Part shown: positions 7,101 through 15,086 of the stretch, piece by piece
How the letters are laid out: each line of letters starts with the position of its first letter
Numbering within the stretch: the first letter of the stretch is position 1
Assembly (NCBI GenBank): GCA_964645485.1
Contig: CAZXZO010000003.1
Coordinates: forward strand, 102,580 to 140,423
Direction: 5' to 3'
DNA length: 37,844 nucleotides
Source: an uncultured Candidatus Poseidoniales archaeon
GTDB lineage: Archaea > Thermoplasmatota > Poseidoniia > Poseidoniales > Thalassarchaeaceae
Translations under genes and position numbers: made by a program
Notes under the pieces: generated by a model
Seen by the model: only the letters and a program-made list of their open reading frames with translations
Database searches by the model: none
Told to the model about the DNA's origin: nothing

Positions 7101-9360
7101 CCTGGAGGTTCGTGACAGAAATGGAAACTCAATCCTTGCAAATGTTTCAATCAAGATGCCGGGTGGCAATGATATCGGTTCACGAAGAATTATCTCCGTG
7201 AATCTTACACCATCTAGAATTGGCTTTAATGAATATGTTATTCGCTACATTGCAAGCGACTGGAAAAGTCCTGAAAGGGTGGTTGATAACAACCTAGGAA
7301 TTCTCAATATTCAAGTTAACGAACCCCCACATATCGATGATTTAACCTGCTCCTCTTGGACTGTTAGTAGAGGAGATACTGTCGGATGTACAATCACAGT
7401 TAGTGATGATTTTGGTGTAGTTCAAAGTCGGCTTGGTTGGCGTGTCAACGGTAGTGCTGATAACTGGACTTTCATAAATTCCACAAGTGTTGATTACGTT
7501 GATTGGTACAGTGGGTTGACTGTCCCAACTAATATTGAATTAGGAAGTCTTGATCTAATTGCTGAAGTTAGAGATGAACAATTCCAATACACTCTGCTCC
7601 AACTCGATGACAGCATTGTGGTAACCAATGCTGAACATAATTGGTATGGTGTACATATTGCGGGAGTGGATGGGGAAGAATGGAATGGAGTTACCGCCCT
7701 CTCGCCTTTTACTGCTCCAAAAACCGTCGTCAGAGATACTGATATTATACTCAAGTCATGTGTTGTTGATGCCGACCACGACCCTCTTACAGAATTGCCT
7801 ATGATTATCACTGATAGTGGGAACGTAAGTAATGTTGAGCCTACTGAAAGTGAGTTTTCAGATGTATTTTGCTACCAAGCAACTTGGCGTTTAGATTGGG
7901 GTAGTGAAACAAAAGATGTCACTATCTATCTCTATGATTCAATTGGAAATCTGTTTACAACTAGATTGATTTCAGTCCATGATGAAAAATTCAATGCAAA
8001 TCTCACTCTCGTCAATTATGATGGAGATTTGCTGGCATTAGCAAGAGGCACTGGTGAAAGAATTGTAATTTCCCTTTCTGATTATGATGACTTACTTTCA
8101 GATTATTCCTATAACTTGACAATTGAATGGCCAGGTCATGCAGAGTATACTCAAAGTGGCGAAATTGATGCAGCAGGAATGATGCATCAAAACTCGTCGG
8201 TCACTTTGCCTCCACCAGAAGCCGGTCTAGTATTTGGTGAATTAATCGCCACATTGGAAATTAGTGACATTGCTCCCTCGGGTCAGGACCAATTGGTAGT
8301 CATGAATTGGACAATACATCTCCAACCACCCCTAGTATACGACATTGGATTCTGTGATGATAAAGGTCCTCAAATAACACGGGGAGACGAAGTGCGTGGC
8401 TGGATAATTATAGATCCAAATAGGCTCATTGAAGGGGTTTCGGTTAACCTCGCTCAATCCGGCAACATCAAACCGATGCAATCCAGTATGTGGGATTGGG
8501 ATGATTGTCCATTCCCAGACTCGACAGATTTTCACTGGGGATTCATCATATTAGCAGATAACAGTTTTACTGCAGGGGATGCAACTCTGCAAATAATCGC
8601 CAGAGATGTTGATGGATTAAGTGCAGTGGGTGAGTTTATTGTTGAAATTGAATACGGCCTTCCTGAAATCATAAATCAATCTGGAGATGTGATAGAGGGA
8701 GAGTTTGGTGAACTTGAAGCTTTAGTTGAAGACTCTGATGGTCACGTTGGCACTGTCTGCTCATTCATCATCATTGACAAAAATGGAACCACAGTTATGG
8801 AGTCTGAAGGACCACTACCTCATACTGGTCTATTCACATCTCGATGGATGGCTCCAACGGGAGGAGCACCCTTTGCATCAACTATCGGTTGTACAGATGC
8901 CCAGGGTCACCAAGTTGCTCATACTAGAACAGGTATCATCCCGGCCCAAATAATCAGCAATAATTCTGAGGAAGAATTGAATCAAAATTCAGAGTCCCAA
9001 GATTCAAATCTAAATCTTGCAATTGGTATTGGCTTCGCTCTGCTAATTGTTTCTTTATTGGCAATCACTCTCCTCGTAATGTGGTTACGTTCGAATGAGG
9101 ATGAAATCGAAGTTGGGGGATTAGCCGAGGAGGAAAATGTTGAGTGGGCAGCACCAGCAGATTCTCGAGGTGAAGGAGAACAAAATATTGCAATAGCAAA
9201 AATGGCCATGGAATCTTTGAGTCAGGTTTCTGAATCCGAAAATGATTTCGCAGGGGTTGAGGAAATTCTCCATTCTGAATCAATAGAAGAACATGATGTG
9301 ATACCTACTTGGGTTGATGAAAATCCCCTGTTAAGCCCTCCTGATGAGCCAAAGGATTGA
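4114..9360 (+). CDS. 1748-aa membrane-anchored surface protein: signal peptide, TIGR03790 domain with inserted CBM-like/PA14/LamG modules, CARDB/Ig-like stalk, C-terminal TM helix and acidic tail
   Basis: TIGR03790-type motifs YLVTTKGIPLRI, YLVTRLTGYT, YASWGSND, GSIAETAVST and GYVYEPYL. PA14 motif FYLNSDDGSKLWIDG. LamG motifs HWSFDDGSGT, FDGVDDY and IDDLKIWNRTL. TM helix at about 9013-9087. TTG start uncertain. Confidence 0.85.
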   Translation: MSKKKLTTVVSSARFSLALVLLLVTMPWTSFSSQPEVLASEETNSFSTDIWNETPFRDVAVPQTFTFLNYINYSDVGVLINNNSEASKTIGYAFVAARNISANRIFLFDNDSTPSAETINPAQFDNYYAEPLRQMISDRNLETELNYLVTTKGIPLRINGPGNGRAAFDSEIGLINGAFNSTIHQNWWSSHTYGPGAGEEMKEFSRQEEGFYLVTRLTGYTVETALGLIDKANNSFGQRGQGVLDLATNRNGSGYKWWNDMLYAANTTLNGSMEIPVHFNQNSTFVTNQSNVMLYASWGSNDGSWNSNWLPNSGFDTADNGWSTGSRYWDFTNPPLVGDEGFTWARQTAVKRNGNGALEGALTSEPCTVTEASATAGLLAEYFDNNGVTYNSSLMPDLTNRNPDYWRAESNINHQLTTGTWPGLDSNQFSEYFSVRHSGAITIPESGNWTFYLNSDDGSKLWIDGNEIISNEGVHGMREISGTASLTSGVHTFRTEFFEHGTHAGLILSWQGPNQSKQVVPPSAFTRGVADSVTTDLAHHWSFDDGSGTTISDSIGNANLTLFDSNNGVGWQQCLFGNCYQFDGVDDYAKIDVNDWAGNFSVSLWTKTANVSQDRYSSAFAVNDVAGDSASFQIMTSGSSTGDWEVYHNTSYSFGAIEAGVWTNLAVTYESNTLKQYLNGKLIQTNIVPNGSIDSIELYKVGVNRGGNAHYEGLIDDLKIWNRTLEASEVAEVNAAAAVTCSDYSSAGTGETSVEQDYDFSDDLKGHAWIVYGYGMKDGWVAGNYRIEVDSFDDNGTLLETNTSSTQNLATAWNSITMRFRPPENASSFKVKMVSLLDTGSRNGSVYFDTMNLRAIRPHFEWVDGSIAETAVSTGGRTFTWGASYGQSLVVDLLEDGVSGVKGYVYEPYLTAVGYPSVLLPYYAYGYNFAEVNYAANPLISWMGTVVGDPKMAPYSDILHDVEVEAVRVDGRLTAGVNGSIDVLLQNLAPGPVNGSLEVRDRNGNSILANVSIKMPGGNDIGSRRIISVNLTPSRIGFNEYVIRYIASDWKSPERVVDNNLGILNIQVNEPPHIDDLTCSSWTVSRGDTVGCTITVSDDFGVVQSRLGWRVNGSADNWTFINSTSVDYVDWYSGLTVPTNIELGSLDLIAEVRDEQFQYTLLQLDDSIVVTNAEHNWYGVHIAGVDGEEWNGVTALSPFTAPKTVVRDTDIILKSCVVDADHDPLTELPMIITDSGNVSNVEPTESEFSDVFCYQATWRLDWGSETKDVTIYLYDSIGNLFTTRLISVHDEKFNANLTLVNYDGDLLALARGTGERIVISLSDYDDLLSDYSYNLTIEWPGHAEYTQSGEIDAAGMMHQNSSVTLPPPEAGLVFGELIATLEISDIAPSGQDQLVVMNWTIHLQPPLVYDIGFCDDKGPQITRGDEVRGWIIIDPNRLIEGVSVNLAQSGNIKPMQSSMWDWDDCPFPDSTDFHWGFIILADNSFTAGDATLQIIARDVDGLSAVGEFIVEIEYGLPEIINQSGDVIEGEFGELEALVEDSDGHVGTVCSFIIIDKNGTTVMESEGPLPHTGLFTSRWMAPTGGAPFASTIGCTDAQGHQVAHTRTGIIPAQIISNNSEEELNQNSESQDSNLNLAIGIGFALLIVSLLAITLLVMWLRSNEDEIEVGGLAEEENVEWAAPADSRGEGEQNIAIAKMAMESLSQVSESENDFAGVEEILHSESIEEHDVIPTWVDENPLLSPPDEPKD

Positions 9361-9385
9361 ATGCTCGGGCATTCTCGGTGTCTTC

Positions 9386-9619
9386 ATGGCAGTTGGATAT
9401 GTACTCATTAATGTAAAACCGGGCTCTGAAATTGAAGTCCATGATACCATCAAATCATTAGAGATGGTAGAGGATGCAACCCTGTTGTTTGGAGATTACG
9501 ACTTGTTAGTGAAAATGACTGCTAAGTCAATGAGCAGCATCGCTGCTGCGGTGGTTGAGAACATACGTTCAATCGATGGTGTAATTGATACAAAGACCCT
9601 TGCCGGTGCCGAAATTTGA
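9386..9619 (+). CDS. Stand-alone Lrp/AsnC ligand-binding (RAM) domain protein without an HTH
   Basis: 77 aa: GYVLINVKPG...LFGDYDLLVK...IRSIDGVIDTKTL. Confidence 0.88.
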   Translation: MAVGYVLINVKPGSEIEVHDTIKSLEMVEDATLLFGDYDLLVKMTAKSMSSIAAAVVENIRSIDGVIDTKTLAGAEI

Positions 9620-9880
9620 ATTTCATTGATCCATCAATTCAATCTTCTAACTCTCAATATTCTAGGTTGAATACAACTTCATCCATCTGCAAATCCCGAT
9701 TTTCGGAGAATTGGTAAATCCACTTTCCGGAATCCATCATATTGTTATTATTTAATCTCAGATTCTATTAACCGATTAAAAATCCGAAAACGATAGACCT
9801 CTAGCCTGTCCAATATTGGCATTCGCAATGGGGGACGGGGCCCTTAATGTGGCGCAGTACTACGTTTAGACGGGCGAACG

Positions 9881-9888
9881 CTTAAATA
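9881..9888 (+). promoter_or_regulatory. Putative TATA box of the MC1 gene
   Basis: CTTAAATA lies about 40 nt upstream of ATG 9928. A GGAGGT RBS sits just before the ATG. Confidence 0.55.
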
Positions 9889-9927
9889 ATGAATGGAAAA
9901 GGATGGCGCTCACGGAGGTTATCCGAA

Positions 9928-10191
9928 ATGAGTAAGAAATATTTCGTCCTGTTGGACGGTGGAAAAGATACGAGCCAGGTGTTCGCGAGTAAGCAACCTA
10001 GGGGTGCAGCCCTGAAAGCAGCTAGTCGCGGAGAGACAGACATCCATTTGCGTGAGCGCGGCGGTGGAGGCCGTGTTCACGTATTCAAGGGGTGGAGAAA
10101 GCAGGTGCCAAAACCTGCAAACGGGCCAGCGTGGCTACCTGATAAGGTCTGGAAGGCCAATGTCAAGAAGATACGCGTAGACCGTCTCTGA
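9928..10191 (+). CDS. mc1: Non-histone chromosomal protein MC1
   Basis: Motifs F..KQPRGAALKAASRG, I.LRERG...VHVFKG and P.WLP..VWK.NVKK. 87 aa from the RBS-supported ATG. Confidence 0.93.
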   Translation: MSKKYFVLLDGGKDTSQVFASKQPRGAALKAASRGETDIHLRERGGGGRVHVFKGWRKQVPKPANGPAWLPDKVWKANVKKIRVDRL

Positions 10192-10234
10192 AAGAAGTCA
10201 AAACACTTGATGAACTACACAAGTAATACAAACA

Positions 10235-10283
10235 GCCCGTTTGAGGGGAGTTTTCTCTCCTTGAGCGGGCCAATTTTTTTTTT
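10235..10283 (+). terminator. 16-bp hairpin plus T10 tract downstream of MC1
   Basis: GCCCGTTTGAGGGGAG-TTTT-CTCTCCTTGAGCGGGC pairs fully on the + strand (12 Watson-Crick and 4 G-U pairs). It is followed by 10 T at 10274-10283. Confidence 0.8.
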
Positions 10284-10296
10284 AATAAAAATGAAT

Positions 10297-11061
10297 TCAC
10301 TTTCTTAGGCCGATCTTCTTGGCAACCCATGCTACTGGGTCATAATATTCAGTGACAATTCTCTCCTTCAATGGGATAATTGCATTATCTGTGATATTTA
10401 TGCCAGCAGGACATACATCGGTACAACAGCGAGTGATGTTACAGTATCCAATTCCATATTCATCCTTGATTGATGCTAACCTATCTTCAGTATCAAGAGG
10501 ATGCATTTCTAAATTTGCTAATCTGACAAAGAACCTCGGTCCCGCAAATTCGTCAAACAATTTGTGTTCACGTAGAACATGGCATGTATCGATGCAAAGC
10601 ATACACTCAATGCAAGCCCTAAATTCTTGAACTCGGTCAGCCTCATTTTGTTGGAATTTCCAATCAAATTCGGCAGGTCCTGCTAAAGGAGCAATGGTCT
10701 TATTCAAGTCATAAGCCCAAGAAACATCAACAACCAAATCTTTGGTTAGTGGAAATGCTTGCATAGGCTTTACCAATACCGGTTGACCATCAGTAGTTTC
10801 TTCCTCAATATCAGACATTCTCGTCATACACATCAATCGAGGTTTGCCATTTACTTCGGCGGAGCATGAGCCACATTTTCCAGCCTTACAATTCCAACGA
10901 CATGAAAGGTCAGGGGCATGCTCAGCCTGAATCTGGTGAATAACATCGAGTACCACCATACCTTCATCCATCTCGACAGTGTAATCCACCATCTCACCAT
11001 ATGGGTCCCCATCTTCATCAGGTTCTCCTCTGAAAACCCTGAAAGTGACGTCTTTGCCCAT
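10297..11061 (-). CDS. sdhB: Succinate dehydrogenase/fumarate reductase Fe-S subunit
   Basis: Cys clusters CKAGKCGSC...C, CIECMLCIDTC and CNITRCCTDVCP. An AGGAGG RBS precedes ATG 11061. Confidence 0.93.
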   Translation of the reverse strand: MGKDVTFRVFRGEPDEDGDPYGEMVDYTVEMDEGMVVLDVIHQIQAEHAPDLSCRWNCKAGKCGSCSAEVNGKPRLMCMTRMSDIEEETTDGQPVLVKPMQAFPLTKDLVVDVSWAYDLNKTIAPLAGPAEFDWKFQQNEADRVQEFRACIECMLCIDTCHVLREHKLFDEFAGPRFFVRLANLEMHPLDTEDRLASIKDEYGIGYCNITRCCTDVCPAGINITDNAIIPLKERIVTEYYDPVAWVAKKIGLRK

Positions 11062-11062
11062 C

Positions 11063-12895
11063 TTACTCTTCCTCCTCGTGCAAGTCTGATGAATCAAGTA
11101 GCTCCTTCAAATCATCTCTCATAGAGGGGTAAGTTCTGTGTTCGAGAATCATTTCTCCTTTTCCACCCATCCTGATGACGCTGTTTATTTTACCCCAGTG
11201 ACTGTGATTGGGAGTTGGGAAATCTTCACGAGTATGTCCACCTCTACTCTCTTCACGTGCTAGTGCCGCCATTGCACACATTCTACTGATGTCAACCATG
11301 GCATCAATTTCTAAGGCTTGGTGCCATCCTGGATTGTAGATTCTACTTCCACCTGGAGATGTTGTTTTTCCGCGTGCTGCGAAATCATTCAAGTCATCTA
11401 ATGCTTCCATGAGTAAATCCTTAGTGCGGATTATACCCACCTTATTTTGCATCATTTTACGAAGGTCATTAACTACAATTGCTGGGTTTTCTCCACCCTT
11501 TCTGTTGAAAGGTGCCAAAGTTTCCCCAACAATTTCATCAATTTCTGATTGCGGTATTTCTTCCCAGCCATCCATCTTTGATGCAGCGCTGGCTGAGTAT
11601 TCACCTGAGCGCTTCCCAAACGTGATTAAATCGGAAAGTGAATTTCCTCCCAGTCTGTTAGCGCCGTGTAATCCTGTGGCTGCTTCACCGGCAGCGTACA
11701 AACGTTGGACTGTAGTTTCTTGAGTTATAGGGTCTACTTTTACCCCGCCCATGACATAGTGAGCAGTTGGTCCAACCTCCATTGGTTGGGTGGTGATATC
11801 AACCCCCGCTAGTTCTTTGAATTGATGATACATTCCCGGCAACTTTTTGCGTACTTGTTCCTCATCCCGCCAAGATATATCGAGGTATGCGCCCCCGTGT
11901 TCACTACCGCGGCCTGCTTTAATTTCAGAATTAATCGCCTTGGCAACAACATCTCTTGTGAGAAGTTCTGGGGGTCTACGCTTGGTGGCTAACTTGCCAT
12001 CAATCACTTCTTGCACCCATTCAAGAGCCTCCTTTTCAGTATCAGCAAATTCTGGCTTATACATTTCTGGAACATAATTGAACATGAATCGGTTATCTTC
12101 TGAGTTACGCAGCATTCCACCTTCACCACGTACACCCTCAGTTACCAAAATTCCCTTAACCGATGGTGGCCAAATCATTCCGGTAGGATGGAACTGGACA
12201 AACTCCATGTCACCCATTTCTGCCCCGGCCCAATAAGCCAGTGCATGCCCTTCTCCGGTGTATTCCCACGAACCAGAACAAACTTCCCAGCAGCGAGTGA
12301 TACCACCAGTAGCAAGAACCGTTGTTTTAGCTTTGAAAACGTGCAGAGTTCCGTCTGCGCGGTTGTAAGCAAAGCAGCCGATGGCTTTGCCATCTTTTGT
12401 GAAAATTTTGCGAACTGTGTATTCCATGAATACCTCCATTCCGCTGTGGATTCCTCTCTCTTGTAGAGTTCGAATCATCTCTAGGCCAGTGGCGTCCCCA
12501 ATATGAGCGAGCCTAGGGTAAGTGTGTCCTCCGAAGTTTCTTTGATTGGTCAGACCTGCAGGTGTGCGGTCAAAAATTGCACCCCATTGCTCAAGTTCAC
12601 GGATTCTATCAGGTGATTCCTTCGCATGGATTTCAGCCATGCGCCAATCATTGAGGTATTTACCTCCCTTCATTGTATCACGGAAATGTGTTTGCCAGTT
12701 ATCACGCGGGTCAGCATTTCCTAGAGCGGCAGCGGCGCCACCTTCAGCCATCACCGTATGTGCTTTACCAAGCATTGACTTGCAAATGATTGCAACAGTT
12801 GCGCCATTGCGGGTCGCTTCAATTGCGGCACGAAGGCCAGCGCCCCCTGCACCAATAATGACAACATCATATTCATGGGTTGTAACTTCAGTCAT
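11063..12895 (-). CDS. sdhA: Succinate dehydrogenase/fumarate reductase flavoprotein subunit
   Basis: Motifs GAGGAG, covalent-FAD HTVMAEGG, QFHPT, EGVRGEGG, HYVMGG, HGANRLGGNSL and REESRGGH. Confidence 0.95.
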   Translation of the reverse strand: MTEVTTHEYDVVIIGAGGAGLRAAIEATRNGATVAIICKSMLGKAHTVMAEGGAAAALGNADPRDNWQTHFRDTMKGGKYLNDWRMAEIHAKESPDRIRELEQWGAIFDRTPAGLTNQRNFGGHTYPRLAHIGDATGLEMIRTLQERGIHSGMEVFMEYTVRKIFTKDGKAIGCFAYNRADGTLHVFKAKTTVLATGGITRCWEVCSGSWEYTGEGHALAYWAGAEMGDMEFVQFHPTGMIWPPSVKGILVTEGVRGEGGMLRNSEDNRFMFNYVPEMYKPEFADTEKEALEWVQEVIDGKLATKRRPPELLTRDVVAKAINSEIKAGRGSEHGGAYLDISWRDEEQVRKKLPGMYHQFKELAGVDITTQPMEVGPTAHYVMGGVKVDPITQETTVQRLYAAGEAATGLHGANRLGGNSLSDLITFGKRSGEYSASAASKMDGWEEIPQSEIDEIVGETLAPFNRKGGENPAIVVNDLRKMMQNKVGIIRTKDLLMEALDDLNDFAARGKTTSPGGSRIYNPGWHQALEIDAMVDISRMCAMAALAREESRGGHTREDFPTPNHSHWGKINSVIRMGGKGEMILEHRTYPSMRDDLKELLDSSDLHEEEE

Positions 12896-13758
12896 CACAA
12901 ACCACCCAACAATACAAGATCAGTCCACCAACCCATGGTGCAAGCGTAGACATAGAAGTCGGCAAACATCACAATAAATAGAGAGTACAAAGCCCAATCT
13001 TTGTGATGCTTATTGAACCATGTTGAAATATTCCACAGATGGTACCTAAGAGTTGGCTTCTCTCCATTATTCCAGTTATTTGAGCCGCCACCAACTAAAT
13101 GTCGGAAGGCGTGACAACCGAAGGTGTATCCACCTAGAGCAATGACATTAATGGCCAATACTAGAGAACCAACAGTGAGACCAAATGAACGAGCATGAGT
13201 TACTGGGTCATGGAAATTAATTGATAACCATACATCATATGAAAGAATTGGAAGATAACATATTGCCGCGTAGAGAAAATATCGATGGAAATTTTGGACA
13301 AGAAGAAGTTTTGTTTCTCCCTTGTATGCATTCCAAGGTTTACTGACTGCACAAGCAGTTGGTTGGTGGAAGAAAGCACGATAGTAGGCTTTTCGATAAT
13401 AATAACAAGTGCCTCTAAAACCAGCGGGGAATATCAGAATAAACATCGCTGGAGACATCCACCAAAGAAATTCAGGTATTGGACCACCAAGCCCATCTCC
13501 ACCCGGGAGAATTAGGGGGCTAAATAGGGGACTCAAGACGTGACTACCTTGATTTTCAATAGCCATTGTTTGGACACCAGCGGAACGACCGAATTCAGCA
13601 AATATCCAGAAATCCGCCTCCATAAATCCGCGCCATGTTGAGTACGCCACCATGATTCCAAGATAGACTGCCATTGCAGTTGGGCCTTTCCACCAAGCAT
13701 CTGTTCGGTCGGTTGCTCCAAAGCCCCGGCGCATAGGTAATTTGACTGCCTCGCCCAT
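12895..13758 (-). CDS. sdhC: Single-subunit membrane anchor of succinate dehydrogenase, resembling the mycobacterial Sdh1 (Rv0249c-like) anchor
   Basis: First gene of the sdh operon, with its stop overlapping the sdhA start. About 5 TM segments. Motifs FR.TCYYYRKAYYRAF..P.ACAV, QNFHRYF and GCHAFRH. Confidence 0.75.
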   Translation of the reverse strand: MGEAVKLPMRRGFGATDRTDAWWKGPTAMAVYLGIMVAYSTWRGFMEADFWIFAEFGRSAGVQTMAIENQGSHVLSPLFSPLILPGGDGLGGPIPEFLWWMSPAMFILIFPAGFRGTCYYYRKAYYRAFFHQPTACAVSKPWNAYKGETKLLLVQNFHRYFLYAAICYLPILSYDVWLSINFHDPVTHARSFGLTVGSLVLAINVIALGGYTFGCHAFRHLVGGGSNNWNNGEKPTLRYHLWNISTWFNKHHKDWALYSLFIVMFADFYVYACTMGWWTDLVLLGGL

Positions 13759-13836
13759 TAACTCCAAACCCTATTCAAGTCGTGGCGGGAGCCTATATTC
13801 TATCAACTTCACTACTCAATCCAAAGTATACTTGTA

Positions 13837-14472
13837 TTAACAAAATTCTGATTTCAACGACTGTGCAGACTTCTCAATTTGTGATTCTTCTAGGCCAGGA
13901 ACGTCACATAAAGTAAACAAGATTGCTGAATCATTCCCCCTAATACGTGTGTTATGACTGTCTCGATATGGGTAAAGAGCAATTATTTCGCCGTTCATTG
14001 ACAGAACTAATTCTTGACCAGTACAGGGTTTTGGTTCCCGAAACCCAATTCCAAGGAACGGCTCATTTTGTTCAGCCTTGCGCATGGTCAATTTTGTATC
14101 ACCGAGATAATCTGTTGATAGAGCACCGATGCTGATGCGGTTTTCAGCGGAGATTAGATTGTACCGATCAACTATCGGATTGATGCGAGGAAATGGCTTA
14201 CCTGCAATTATTCGACGAACCAATGCTTCTGCTGATGGCCGGCGCTTTGTGGGGTCTATTCCAAGACGCCAGTAGAACTGACGATAGGCGGCAATATCGG
14301 GTTGGTCCCGGAGTTCCTCAAGCGTTGAAGAATTACGAATTGCTTCTAATCGAGATTCAAGTTCATCCTCTCCAAGAGGAAGCCACCCGGTTGCTGGCTT
14401 CTGAATTAACAACAAACGAGGTGAAACATCTGGCAAATCTCCAATCCGTTCAAGATGATACTCAACGGCCAT
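13837..14472 (-). CDS. Stand-alone B3/4 domain protein (PheRS-beta editing domain family)
   Basis: Motifs AYRQFYWRLGIDPTK.RPSAEAL.RR, PRINPIVD.YNL.S and YPYRDS..TRI. Confidence 0.85.
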   Translation of the reverse strand: MAVEYHLERIGDLPDVSPRLLLIQKPATGWLPLGEDELESRLEAIRNSSTLEELRDQPDIAAYRQFYWRLGIDPTKRRPSAEALVRRIIAGKPFPRINPIVDRYNLISAENRISIGALSTDYLGDTKLTMRKAEQNEPFLGIGFREPKPCTGQELVLSMNGEIIALYPYRDSHNTRIRGNDSAILFTLCDVPGLEESQIEKSAQSLKSEFC

Positions 14473-14496
14473 CAATCAGACCCTCAAAGCCGTCAG

Positions 14497-14505
14497 CCTT
14501 GAATG
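14497..14505. promoter_or_regulatory. Putative bidirectional TATA-position element (CCTTGAATG) between the B3/4 gene and the zinc-finger microprotein
   Basis: Reads ATTCAAGG at -32..-25 of ATG 14472 (-) and CTTGAATG at -31..-24 of ATG 14529 (+). Confidence 0.45.
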
Positions 14506-14528
14506 TGACCGCTTACATGACTCGTGTA

Positions 14529-14630
14529 ATGGACTACGAGCCGCTGAGTATTTGCCCCGAATGTGGCTTTATGCCTGGAGTATTTATTCCCGGAATGAAG
14601 TGCCCTGAATGTGGTTCAGTCATTCTCTGA
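14529..14630 (+). CDS. 33-aa CPxCG-type zinc-finger microprotein
   Basis: MDYEPLSICPECGFMPGVFIPGMKCPECGSVIL contains two CPECG motifs. It occupies intergenic space and is followed by a T7 tract. Alternative start at 14517. Confidence 0.72.
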   Translation: MDYEPLSICPECGFMPGVFIPGMKCPECGSVIL

Positions 14631-14635
14631 ACACA

Positions 14636-14642
14636 TTTTTTT
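14636..14642 (+). terminator. Oligo-T terminator candidate after the zinc-finger microprotein
   Basis: T7 run 5 nt after the TGA. Confidence 0.5.
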
Positions 14643-14653
14643 GGATTGGATCA

Positions 14654-14681
14654 ATAAACCACTAATTGCAATGGTTTATAA
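14654..14681. promoter_or_regulatory. Inverted repeat ATAAACCA-N10-TGGTTTAT overlapping a TTTATAA box
   Basis: Perfect 8-bp arms at 14654-14661 and 14672-14679. TTTATAA at 14675-14681. Confidence 0.45.
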
Positions 14682-14781
14682 GAGGTGGATGCGCAATAAT
14701 AGTTGCTCGAGTTGTTATTATGAATTCCTGACTAGATCTTTAGCACCGTAAATCCGGTACTCAAGAGGGGAATTGCTAACT

Positions 14782-15063
14782 ATGGTAAATGATAATGATA
14801 AGAAAGATATAGAGATGATAAAAACTGCAAAAGAAATGATTGAATTAATGATTATAGCATTGAATGAGGAATTACTTGGGAAAGAAAGTGTGCTCAAAAA
14901 TCAGGCTTTGCAATATTTAGAACTATTAATTGAGAAACAGAAAATTGACATTGAAAAGGAAAAAAGGATTGAAGAATATCGTAATTGGGAATTTGAGAAC
15001 AAAATACTCCAAGAGCATTGTGGAGAAGTTTACGATTGGGAATTCCAAGATGAATGGTTGTAA
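14782..15063 (+). CDS. Hypothetical AT-rich, charged helical protein (93 aa)
   Basis: Only long ORF in this gap, preceded by AGAGGGG and a TATA-like box. No recognisable motif. Confidence 0.6.
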   Translation: MVNDNDKKDIEMIKTAKEMIELMIIALNEELLGKESVLKNQALQYLELLIEKQKIDIEKEKRIEEYRNWEFENKILQEHCGEVYDWEFQDEWL

Positions 15064-15086
15064 TCGAATAGAGTTACTCCAACCTT

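Noticed and set aside
9654-9740. 28-aa minus-strand ORF (MMDSGKWIYQFSENRDLQMDEVVFNLEY) in the Lrp-MC1 spacer
   Set aside because: It has no motif or RBS, and its length is expected by chance. It cannot be excluded without conservation data.
9820-9880. GC-rich patch upstream of MC1 as a tRNA or ncRNA
   Set aside because: No cloverleaf, TTCG T-loop or convincing stem.
10352-13721. Shadow ORFs over the sdh operon (e.g. 11409-11723, 12546-12977)
   Set aside because: They are antisense or out-of-frame by-products of conserved genes.
14193-14516. N-terminal part of the 145-aa plus-strand ORF
   Set aside because: It is mostly antisense to the B3/4 gene. Only the intergenic CPxCG end looks like a real protein.
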